Origin: Klebsormidium nitens
Lineage: Eukaryota; Plantae; Klebsormidiophyceae
Direction of reading: 5' to 3'
NCBI GenBank assembly: GCA_000708835.1
Contig: DF237183.1
Location: 1 to 64,000, forward strand
Length of the DNA stretch: 64,000 bases
Every line of letters starts with the position of its first letter. The stretch's first letter is position 1. The position numbers and the translations under genes were made by a program. The notes under the pieces are model-generated. The model worked only from the letters and a program-made list of their open reading frames with translations, did no database searches and was not told where the DNA came from. This document shows positions 12,601 to 23,875 of this stretch, piece after piece.

Positions 12601-15600
12601 GACAGGCTGAGCTTTCACCTGGTGATCTTGTCTGTACATCTCCACAGCCACCCGCGCGACCCGGATCGCGCTCCGCAGCCCCGTCGGATGCGTGTAAGCG
12701 TACTGCGAGAAGTTTGCCGAGTACAGCACCGGGGGCAGTTCCGGGTCGGGCACATCCATCCACGAGTAGTCGACCTTCTTCCCGGTGCCGCACGTGCGGT
12801 TGAGCGAGCGCAGGGTCTCCGTCAGATGCGCCTCCCAAAGAACGGTCACTTTCGCAAGCGAGTCCCGCGCTGCACCGGCGTTTGGGGAGCGATGTCAGTC
12901 AAATGCTTCATTTCCTCCGTCTTTCTATTCCGGTGGTTCCGATCGAGCGAACCGTTGAAGCTCGGCTCAAGTGCCCTTGTCACAGACTCAATCTTGGAAA
13001 GCGAGTCGCCCACCGTTCAAGGAGCCTAATCGTGTCAACGGGAGTCGAGCAAGCAAGCTGGTTTGCAAGGGGTCGCAGGGCGCACAACGGACACCCGTCC
13101 TCAGAAATGAGGGTCCGTAGAAGGGCTACTAGACCCTGATCCCTGGAAAATGTTGACCTACGGCTCACGGAGACCAACTCCTTACCCAATCACGTAGAGC
13201 TATTCTCAAAGATGTGGCACATATGCAGGCGATATATAATTGAGAATCGAGCAGACTGGGAGAAACGCCTCGATGGCAAACTGAATCTTTCAAGCGACAG
13301 GCACATTTCGCTGATTATGATTGAACTCATTCTATGGCATAAAGCTCTACCCCAAGACAAAGAGAGACAGGTTAAAAGAACAAACAGGTACCATAAGAAA
13401 GGCGATGACAGATTGAAGTGGGGACGACGACCGTCTGAATCTTATGATGAACAGGGCATGAATGACAAGCGACGTGAGGAACACAAATATGTTTTACGGC
13501 TCAGCTGAAGACTCACTGCTAACGTTCATACAAGGTGGTCAGAATGTTAGAGACACCTCCCACAGCACACAGCGTGGTGGGTTTTCCCATTCTGGCCACT
13601 CTCCTTCTCTGAAAGCCGAAGGCCCCTTGACATTTCAAACGAAATGTCGAAGCCGAAGCGAACACTTACACCGCCAGGAGAAGCGAGGAGCCGACTAAGA
13701 GAGACCGTCACCTGTCGTGGCGCTCTTGGTGCAGTTGTTCTTGGTGAGATCCGGTGTGTCCATCCACACATAGCCCCGCAGCCTGCGCGCATCCCACCAC
13801 AGCCGCAGGATCTCCTTCCGCTCGCTCCACGTGGCCGCCGTTGCCGCGATGCCAAACACCAGATTCCTCAACCTAGTTCTCGGGTGCGGCCGAGTGACCA
13901 CTGTCAGAGGGTTTCCGTCCTTCCCCAACGTTACCACGTCCGTTACGCCCCGAGAGCGTTCTCCGTCTTCCGTCTCCTCCCCGGCTTGCAAAAGTCTGGT
14001 CGCACCCTGGTGCAAAGCCGTCAACCCCTTGCCCGTCTCAATCCAATTACGCCCTTCCTCAGATCTCTGCAACCGCCCCGCCGCGCTTCGTTGCCCCCCT
14101 GTTAAATGACTGTCCAACCGGTTACCGTGGATGGCACCCGTACCTACAATCTGACTGTCTACACTGCCCCCCGTTTGCATAGATAGCGCACGCCCTGACC
14201 CGGCACCGTCGATAAATGACTCCGTCGCCTGTGCGCTCCTATCTGTCCCCTGTCTAGTTCCTACTCCTAAGACACCATTCTGTCCACTCTCGCTCAGTGC
14301 GCCTCCATCGGTTCCGCTCAACTCCGTCGCTGAGAGTGTACCGCTATCGCTATCCTGGTTTCTCAAAATTTGCAACCCTCTGCCAACCGCCTCGCCCGCT
14401 TTTCCTGTGTGCTTGACGTCAATACCTTCTAACTCATGATTAAACTTGACTGTCGTTTCTTCTAATCCCACGATGACCTGCTTTTCCAACTCCGCTCCCC
14501 CTTCAGCTGCCTTGTTCTCCGTAGCCCCCGTTCTCTGTAACAACGACCGTCGTTTTCTTCGGAACACTGGTCCAGTCTCAGAGGCCAGCTTTGAAACGTG
14601 CTTTCTTCGCGCTTCCTCGAGGCTGGCATTGAAAGGGATGACCAATGAACCATTGTACCGACCAGAAAGTCGGACGTCGATGACTTTGTGACTGCCGTCT
14701 GCAAGAACAACGAGAAAAGTCGGGTCATGATCTGGAGATTGCCAGAGCAACAGACCAAATTTCAACCGTTTCTTTCACTCGAACAACTAACAGCTTCTTC
14801 TCCTGCGTGATGAGGCTTTGATTAGGACCTGTCGCCCTGAGCTTGAAAACGAACTCCTTTTTCCTGCTATGCCTCTGTACTGATGACAGCATCACCTCCC
14901 ATTCAAACGAATCGTCTTTGCGCAAGGAATGAGAATTCGTTCAGAAGCGGCATCAACAGAAACCACCACTCAATCCTGAAGCCTGTTGCTGAAGCTCGTG
15001 CAAAAAGCATCTGAGACATTCGGCTAAAACCTTTGGGTATTCAGAAGTCACTCTTGGAGCCTTGGAGCCTTAGAGCAATCACTGGATAAGGCTCCTAGCA
15101 ACCAATTGATAGAACCCGGGTTCTCAACTAGTTTAGATCATGTACTGGAGGATAGTACGGCTCCCGGTTTCAAGACGCCTCACTAACTTGGCACCCATAG
15201 AGTCTGAGGTTGTGCAGATCCGCGCATCGCATTGATTCATCCTGAAGGTGCCCTGTCAAAGCCTGCGGCACCATCCGACTGATCATTGCCCACGGCTTCC
15301 AGTCCTGCCTCCTCTGCCATGGTTCTTTGCAGTTACAACTGTGATCTTGAAAAGCCAGCACTGCCATTTTGAAGACCCACCTCTATGCCTCCATTGGAGC
15401 AGCGCCCCTGGCAGCCAGCAGCGGTTGGTCATGCTGCGCCCAATCAGCATCATCCACAGCCACGCCAGCAGGAGGCCCATCAGAAAGAAGCCGCCCCTAG
15501 TTAGCCCCTCCTTGACCACCCTGCGAGTCCGCGCACGCCTCTCTGGTTCAAGACTGAACCATGCCCGCAACCGCTTGGCGAAGGAAGCCATTACGGCTAG

Positions 15601-15645
15601 TGCCTTCTGGGGCCCCACATCGGACCAGCGAACGGAGACCCCCAT
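9612..15645 (-). CDS. DUF604 / fringe-related glycosyltransferase, type II membrane protein with long stem; 6 exons, ~847 aa
   Basis: Exons 15645-15381, 14698-13712, 12869-12619, 11936-11637, 10996-10778, 10133-9612; frame continuous. N-terminal TM anchor GGFFLMGLLLAWLWMMLIG. Family motifs: LVFGIAATAATWSERK..LWW..RGYVWMD, WYVMGDDDT (DxD), YIGAPSESHLQN..MGYGGGGFAIS, YGSDARVQACLAELGV, GFHQYD..HPVTPFLSMHH, SIAWGYSV, PQRTFRAW, APRRQCC. The exact start codon and the first two exon boundaries are less certain. Confidence 0.85.
10624..10710 (-). repeat. Two intronic decayed copies of the DUF604 exon-5 3' end plus donor site
   Basis: 10624-10648 cctcacctggtcgaggcacatggtc matches 10772-10796 at 24/25 nt (offset 148). 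A weaker copy at 10691-10710 matches at 17/20 nt. Confidence 0.85.
12043..12255 (-). repeat. Two intronic decayed copies of the DUF604 exon-4 acceptor plus exon start
   Basis: Minus strand. Real junction cag|agtgacgtgctgtggtacgtgatgggcgatgacgacacc (11936). Copy 1 cag|ggcgacgtgctgtggtacgtgaggggcgacgacgacacc (12081). Copy 2 caa|cgcgacgtacactggtacgtgataggcaacgacact (12223). Both copies share the upstream flank caatcagtgccgcc. Confidence 0.9.
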
Positions 15646-17506
15646 GGCCGACAAACTGGCAGGGCCACCTGGGAGTGTCGGCACATGGTCAGACTTTTGA
15701 AGCTTTTCTTGATGAGAGTTGCTAGCTTGAGTGCGCTACAGAAAGTCAATTGTGTCCTTGCTTCTTCCCTGAACTTTTGGCCAGTGTCTCAGCGCCTTGT
15801 TACTGCGGGAAAAATGAGCTGATGGTATACGAGGCTTGTGCGGCATCGCCTTCAATACTGCTGAGTATTTGGAGGGCACTTCACCATGATTCTCAGCCAC
15901 TCAATTGTGAGAAGCTCATACTCGCTACTGAGTGGATGCAGCATAGACAACCGCACATCAAGCCACTTCAAAGGTATGCTGACAGAATGGCACGTCAATC
16001 TGATCACCTTCTCACTGTTCTGCCATCTCTGAGGCCTGCTATAGAATCACATGTTGAAGTACTGCGGTTAAAAACACCTCATGATTCTTAAGAAACATAA
16101 CGTGGTCTACTCTTGTTCAGAAGGCAGGATGCTATTTCTCAAAGCAGGGACTGAAATATGTTGAAAAATAGCGGTCGACACAAGCTTGGTTAAAATGGTG
16201 GTACTATCAACAAGAGTGCAGAAAAAGGTCCTCTACAAGAACGGTTTGGAGGGATGTGAAACAAGGTTCATAATCATTGGTAGTACCACTCAATATATGG
16301 TTGCAGCACGCAGCCTTCATGTCAATTCGAGACGACAGTTCCAATTTCGTTACAGGAAATCTAGGGCCTGCTGAGGTGCCTCACAATTTGCAAATTGACT
16401 CAAGCTGAGCTCTCTACGAGCCTCATTGTTTGATTGATAATATCCGAGAAGGATAGGAAATGTGTAAAAGCCAGCTGAAGAGGCACAGGCTTTTCTTTCT
16501 AAGGGCGACTGGACTGCCTCTTTTAGCAGAGAACATATAATGCAACTGGTTCAGATCATCTCCCAACACTTTAAGCTAATGCTGCAAAACTTACCAACCA
16601 CATTTCAGCACTCTTGCATTGCACTTTTCTCCCACCCCTTCGGCGACTCCCGTTCATTAGTACATAGAAGTGTCCTACTTAGATCAAGCTGGCTAATCGC
16701 TGCTTAGATCTTTCAGCTACACATTCTTTCTCTAGCTTCTGCCAGAAACCACAAAGACGCAGCAATCAGGCCTTCAGCTTCAAACCGCTCCTTCTGTTTG
16801 CCTCTTCCAAGCTTGAAGACTTTGATTTCCGAAAGGACTGAAGCCACCACAGATGCTACCTACTTTTCGCGGCACATCGCACGCGTATTAGTCAAACGTG
16901 CCTGATCTGTGCAAACGCCCCTGCCGCATCCCTGCCAGCCATAACTTTCAGCACCCATGTCCAGCAGTGGACTGTGGCCACAGGGAATGCTTAGCTGGGA
17001 TACAGTTGAGGTACTGCAGCACTGCTACTGGACTCTGCAACCCGTACTTGTACTTGGGTACAAGGGGAAGATCACTGTCAACTCTCCGTCGTTCGATAAG
17101 GAAGGTATACAATCTTGACGGCTGATTTCGCCCAGATTGATCTTTGTTGCTCGTACATCAGTGCAATGATGTCAGCTCGGACCTGAAGTTGGACTCGGAG
17201 TCCGAGCCGAGGCAGCTAGACTGGCCGCAGCGCCTGCCTCTGACTCCGAGTCCGAGCTTGTGAACACGATTAAACAAAGAGCAAAGCGCACGCTGAGCTG
17301 GGGAGACGCAGGGCGAAGGACGGCTAGGAGATTTGGTGTTTGGCGACTTTTCCGAAGGCAGTGATTTGTCAGGACGTAACGCATCAATGCAGGCTTGAAA
17401 CAGATTAGTCAAGGGGTTGCAAGGGGCGCGCTGGAAGAATGTTCCGGGGTTTGGGGGCCTGATTGAGAGCGGAGGCGACGGTCGTCGCTTGTAGCGCGCG
17501 GATACC
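15646..17506. promoter_or_regulatory. Divergent intergenic region between the DUF604 and RGG genes
   Basis: Head-to-head orientation, 1.86 kb between inferred start codons, no recognisable protein ORF. Confidence 0.4.
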
Positions 17507-20500
17507 ATGGCGACACAGAATTTCTTTGCCCTCTTGGATGATGAGGAAAATGACGACCCTCAGGCCCTGCTAGCCAAGGCGGCCGCCGCCCCTGCAAAGG
17601 AGCAGGCTGCCGCGGCCCCCCCTGCCAAGAAGACTGCACCCAAGGCAGCGCAGGCGGAGGCAGGTACGACAAGGCAATCCTTCTTTGCTACCATTTTCGA
17701 ATGTTTGCCAGTTTGTCAAGATATTTCTGTGAAGTGTTAAGTCTGCTTTTCCTGGCGGTAATGGTTAGTGTTGTTGCAATTCGCTGATGCAATGCATGCA
17801 GAAGAAGCGGTCTTTGAACTTTTTGGTCAGGGGGCACTGCATGACTTGTTTTCTGTGCTTCTCTTAGAGAATGCTGGGAAGCTTCGGGTTTCTTCGTCTT
17901 AAATGTCATGCATCTCATCATACTCTAGATTCAAATGATGAAAGTCAGCGCCAAGTTGCATACTACATCAAGTTGCATACTACATCCTCGCTTTGGCTTA
18001 TCGCCTCATAGCAGTCCGAATCTAGTAAGTGTGCCAGCAGACAGTGCCAAAGGTGCCAAAGGGTGTCATTGCGGATCCTGTCTCTCCAGGCAATGGGTCC
18101 GTGCAGCAACTCACCAATTGCAATACATTAGACAAACAGGCAGGCAATGCGAATGCAATTAAGTAGTTCAGAACGGGATGCAGAGTCATGGTGGAGTCGA
18201 GAGTTGGAACGTGGTTTCCATTTGTGCACTGGGATAACAACTCTGAGGAAATGCAATCTCACTTTCTAAGGTTTCTCTTTCTGCAACTCACTGGCGTTTG
18301 TTTGTGCTGACAAAAGAGACCCCTGGTTGACCAGCAGGGATGCTTAGAGATACATTGAGTAGGTGGCTTGTTCTGTTCCGGTGTTTGCAGCCGTATCTTC
18401 CACAGAGGCGCTTGGGTGCTTACTGTGTTGTCAGCCAATGTCACTTTTCTGACAGAAATTGGCATGTGTCTTGCATAGTCTAACTTAATTGCTAGTTCTT
18501 TTGGTCCACCGCTTGCATGGGGCACACTGGCATTCCATGGTACTTTGGTAAATTGCTGGCAGCATCCTAATGCAGCTGGAAGATTAGCAGATTTTGCAGT
18601 TGTGATGTTTTCCTGCATTTACAAAGTGCAGTGATCCTTGATTACCACTTCGGACACCAGTGTTCCACATTTTGCGACATGTCACTTTTATAGTTGACTT
18701 GGTGAGAACGATGTTTGCGCTGCTGCTTCAACAACCCCTAAGCAGGGCACATATTGAGGCTGATCTTGACCACATGTTGATCCTGTATTATGTTGAAATC
18801 GCTGCTGCTGATCGAGAGTTTCAAGACATGGGCGTCGTCCAGTACAATTAAGACGCACATTGCATCCTATCTAGTTGGTGCCTTCCCCAAATTACTGCAA
18901 AACTTTCTCTCCAATTTTGGTTGCTTGACCATGAATCCTCGTGAGGGGTGCCAATTGTATGTTTGCTTCCTATCCTCCTGAATCCTCCCCATGCTTCTCC
19001 CTCTCTAGTTGCGCCCTCCCCGCGCCAGGTCGGCAACGGTCCTCCCCGTGGTGGACGCACTGGCCCCCGTGAGGGCGGTAACGGTAACCGCGCTCCGGGC
19101 CCTCCTTTCCGAGGCAACAACCGCGAGGGGGGGTTCAACCAGGGTGGTTTCCCCAGCCCCCGCCAGAATGAAGAGGGCGGCCGGGAGGATCGCAGGAGAG
19201 AGCCCAGGGCCCCCCGGGGCGGTGGCGGCGGCCGTGGCGGTGGTGCTGGTCGTGGGGAGGAGGGTGGCCCCCACCGGAAGCGCGAGTTTGACAGGAGGAG
19301 CGGAGCTGGGCGCGGGTGAGAATCGATCTTTATGGGGACGCCGCTTGTAAGGAGGTGTGGGAGTTTGCCACTGTTGCGTCCAAGTAAATCTGCTGTGCTT
19401 TGTAGGTGTCAAGTGGAGGGGAAATGACTGTCCCCCCTTCGATGTTAGAGGGCCTAGAAGAGCACCAGCCGTTGATCCTGTAATAATGAGAGGCGTGGTA
19501 TTGTAGCATCTGAAGAGCACATCTGAGGATTCCTGAAGGAGAGCTGTTGCGTCCGATCATCCACGGGGTTTTGGGAATTAGTTGTCTTTGTTGTAAATTG
19601 CAGGACCAGTCACTGAAGTTGGCGCGAGTGTAGGCAAGTCTATTTGACGCTGCAGTTCCTCCTGGAGAGCCTGCATGTCGTCTGGTTTCATTGTTCACAG
19701 ACTTGAGCTATTCTGCAACCTTTCCTCATGTTTGAAGAAGGTTGCGGAGCAGGCAAATTGGTTTTCAACGGCGCTGTTTGCTCTTCTTTTCAGTGGTGAG
19801 GTGATGAAGAAGTCCGGCGCTGGCAAGGGCAACTGGGGGACCGAGTCTGACGTGGACGTTGCACCAGGGTAAGCAAGCTAGCTCGTTCTTCTCGTCTTGT
19901 CAGGAGTTGATTTTGATTCTTACCACTTTCTTTCAATCATGCATCTTGCAGCTGCTTTTGTTGGCTGTTGGCCAAATCTGGTGATGTATGCTCAAACTGG
20001 GCAGATTGCAACAGAAGCAGCGGGGGTCGAATTGGGGGCTGCCTTCATTGACCTATTGCCTGATTAGTTGGTTGGATGGTGAAAATGCAAGGTGCCTTTG
20101 AGGAAAGTTGGATCGTTGCCTAGCATTGTCTGAGCTCAAAAGATGAAAAGGTCTTGTTTTCGTAGGCAGGCTGTTGCTTGTCATGTGCTTCCCTCATCAA
20201 TCCCTTTCCAAGCACCTCCGCATGGTTATACTTGCTGAATTCAGCGGTTGCTCCCCTCTGCCTCCCTTCTTGCAAAAAGATCTCTTGTCTTTTCTCGCTA
20301 TCAGTCTCCCCACTTTGTTAACATCTGTTTCATCATTCTCTGGGCATCTTGCTTCTCACAGCAGATATTTCCACGTGTTCCTTGAGAAGCTCCCATGTTG
20401 CTTATCTCAGGGACAAGTTACTGAACCCTGAGCCCCAGAACCCTGGACCTTTGCTGCATCCTAAACCCACCTCATCACTTTTCCGGGTGCTCTTGCATGA

Positions 20501-22273
20501 TAGATGTTTCAATCATCCCCTTTTCAAACTTTTGAATATCCAAACTTTGCAGCACCCCCGCCTCTGAGGCCGTATCCACCCCTGTTGCGGAGGCTGTTGA
20601 CGAGAAGTCCGCTGAGGACGCGCCAGCTGGCGAGGAGGAGAAGAAGGTGGAAGAGACTGCAACCGAAGAGGCGCCCGTTGAGAAGGAGCTCACGGAGGAG
20701 GAGAAGGAAGCGCAGGCCGAGAGGGAGCGCGAGGAGAAGGTAGGAGAGTTTTGGGATGTCTGTCATGGGTTTTTAGTTTTGGACTGTTTTGGCAGGGTTG
20801 GAAGATGCAAGGTTTGCCAGCTGGTAGGATTGGGCTTGAATGCATGATCTGAGGGCCTCAGATTCTCAAGTTGGGGTAGGAAGCAACTGGAAAGAGGTTT
20901 TGGGAAGAGTGGTGGGCTTGCGAAAGTGCAGCTGTGCTTGTTTGGTTTTAGACTTATGTGGTGCACACTTTGTCTCACGCTTCAATGCAGTAATTTTGAC
21001 TCAGTCTCTCGTGAAACGACCTGTAGATGTTGAGAGGACAAAGTTGGTGAAGTCAACCACAAATGTCGTTTGGTCGACACTGAAGTAGTCAATACTCAAA
21101 CTATGTTGATTTGAAGAAGCTGTATTGTTTCAGAGGTCCGAAACTAAATGATATCCTGCTCAACGTCAACCTAAACTCCAATGATGGAACCCTTCTTTTA
21201 GAAACTCAAAGCCGCTTTCTCTGCGCAGGAGATGACCCTGGAGGAGTACGAGAAGGTGCGCGCGGAGAAGCGCAAGGCGCTGCTGGAGAAGAGCCGCACC
21301 GAGGAGCGCAAGGTGAAGGTGGACAAGGACCTCGCCAAGATGCAGGCGCACAAGAAGGCAGAGCCCGAGGACATCTTTGCGCTGTCGGGCGACAAGGCCA
21401 AGGCCAAGAAGAAGGACACCAAGGACACCAAGGCGGACGAGAAAGACGCCGCCGCCGCCAAGAAGAAGGTGAGGCCCCAGGGGGTTTCCTGGGGTGGTGT
21501 GTGAGGACTGATCTACGGTTCTGAAGGTTGCAGAAATGCATGAAAAAACTCTCAGACCATCCTGTATGCATTTTGTAAACGGACACTCGTGATTGGAGGG
21601 TAAATTTTTATGTTTCCGGCTGTAGCCTCGGCCTGGCCTGCGGAAATCAGGCTTGAGGCTCCCACTGTTTCTTTTGAAATTTCCAGAGTGTTCTTGTTGT
21701 GGTGGTTGCATCTGCGCCGCATAAAAGCGTTTCTCTCTCCGATTGTCCTTCATATATTGCGAGCAGGAGAAGGATGTCACCGCTTCTGAGCCGGAAAGCT
21801 CAAGAGTGGCATGCCTGGTTCTTTCAACAAGTTCGATTATGCCATGCTGCCGAGCTCAGCCGTGCTTAAGAACCGGCCATCGCTCGTCAATTGATTAAGC
21901 AAAGACTTTCGAGATTGGGTCAGAGTCAGAATGGATCATTAGAGTGGTTGTACAGAAGACTCTGCAGTTTTGTTATGGCGATATCAAAGCACACTCAACT
22001 CCTGTGTATCAGGTGAACGTCAACGACTTCCTGAAGCCCGCCGAAGGCGAGGCACCGCGTGACTACTACCGCGGCGACGCGGGGCGCGGTCGCGGGCGTG
22101 GTTTCCGCGCCGAGGGCGGCCGGGGGCGCGGCAGCGATGGCCGCGGTGGTTTCAGCGGTGCCCGTGGCGGAGGATTCGGAGGAAGGGGCGATGCTCGCGG
22201 CTTCCAGGGGGGCCGTACCGCTCCCGCACCGAAGATGGACGAACAGCAGTTCCCAGCCCTAGGCGGCAAGTAG
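17507..22273 (+). CDS. RGGA: RGG-repeat RNA/ribosome-binding protein (Stm1_N + HABP4/PAI-RBP1 family); 6 exons, ~408 aa
   Basis: Exons 17507-17663, 19009-19315, 19794-19868, 20553-20739, 21229-21468, 22013-22273; frame continuous. Motifs: MATQNFFALLDDEENDDP, RKREFDRRSG, KKSGAGKGNWG, EMTLEEYEK, VNDFLKPAEGE, RGG-rich tail and C-terminal QFPALG. Confidence 0.93.
17952..17985. repeat. Perfect 17-bp tandem duplication in RGG intron 1
   Basis: caagttgcatactacat x2. Confidence 0.85.
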
Positions 22274-23054
22274 GCGGTCTCGGGACCGGCATTGGACACC
22301 ATGTAGCGGAAGAAGACGGGTGCTCAGACTTGGGCTGAGCTTATCATAACGTGGACATGGGTATTGAGTGGTTACGAATCATAGCCCTTGTTTTCGAGGT
22401 TCTCAGGATCGGTCAGAGTAGAGTCCTATGCGGGAAGGAACTCGACTTGCCTTACATGGTGCTTTTCTCACGCCAGAGAGTAAAGCTCTCGAAGGCCGTT
22501 TGCAGCATCCTAAAGTAGTGTTGAGGCGGTTGGCCGCAAAATGGCGGCATGTGAGTGCAGTTGATGACGACGTTCTGTAGTTTTAGCAGATTCGCGCTTC
22601 AAGTTTGTTGCAACCGATCAGTGAGTCCAACGAAGTGACCAGACTTGCATGCATCAGGCGTCAAGCTACCGAATCCGAAGCCTTTCAAGTTATGAGAGAT
22701 CAGGCTTTGCGTGATGCATGCAATGTATTGGACCATGACTGAGCACCTGCTGTGACAGCAGCCCTGCTGAGCACAAATACTTTGGAAAGTATCAGTGGAT
22801 TGACGCGGTTCAGAAGATCAGGCTAGTGCGTTTTCCTCCGGCCAGGCTAACGCGCCCTGAACGCCATATCTGATTTAATATACTGTCAACTGATTCTGGA
22901 CTCGTAATTTCTCGTGACATGCTCAATTTATGTCCCAGTTCGACGGTGGTTTCACGTACTAGGGTCACCGTCTGCTAGCATGTGGCACGGCCTATGTTTG
23001 CTCCCCTTGTATAGTTGGCACCTGCGCATATAAATTATAACATGCTCTAATGAT

Positions 23055-23215
23055 AATCCAGATGGATTGATACTATATCAACATACTGTGGCAATACTTG
23101 ATGGCCATGCAGCTACGTCTGGCCATCAATTATATTGGCCAATGGTTAAGTTGGATCCATATGGAAGCTTCCATGGATCCCATGTACAGTTAGTATCGAT
23201 CGTCTCATGATCGAT
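23055..23215. repeat. Cluster of six short palindromes/hairpins in AT-rich intergenic DNA
   Basis: aatcca-ga-tggatt; ttgata-cta-tatcaa; ttgatggcca-N12-tggccatcaa (23098-23129); attggccaat; ggatcc-at-atggaagcttccat-ggatcc (23153-23180); atcgatc-N7-gatcgat. Confidence 0.75.
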
Positions 23216-23875
23216 ATATGCCAGAGAGTCATGGTTGTAGTTGGAATAGACGATCATTCTATATTCGTGGACGGGATTGGTCACGACACTGAAGTGCAGC
23301 GTACGTTCCACCCGGTGATACATGTGTGTATGCAAGCACTAGCCTGCAAGCAAAGAGCTGTGATCGACATCTCCGGCGGCCGGTAATTGATCGCCAGAAA
23401 TGAGTCCTGGAGGAAGATTGCGCAAGCAACTTCGACGTCAGGTTTTGCAGCGAGCTCTAGCTGCAAGGGCCACGCCACGATGCGGCGTCGTCTGTTAAAA
23501 CCTAGCTGTACCTGGTTTGTGCTACTAGACCTGATTGTGGTACAACGTTCCAGTACTCAATCCCTGAATTGAACCATCCGGTCAGCTTACGGATTGCTGT
23601 CAATCTGGAGCATTCAAGCGTACGCTTATTGTCAAGATTAATGGCTGCACTTACTTTTCGTATTGGTGGTTGACAGACCGTTTGTAAGAGTAGCGTTCCA
23701 GCTACTCTTACAAACTCGGGCAATGATCAACTTCGCCTTATCTTTGACGACCGCTCTACTTTTTGAATGGTTGTTTCACTGATCTACGTATGCAGAAGAC
23801 CGACAACATCGTGCTTCGTGTCAATGACGGTTGCCTTGCAAGATGCACCCTTATTTTGGGCATGGCAGTTAGCTA

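Noticed and set aside
17664-22012. Intronic C/D-box snoRNAs in the RGG gene (e.g. ATGATGA at 17935)
   Set aside because: No suitably spaced CTGA D box with a terminal stem was found by eye.
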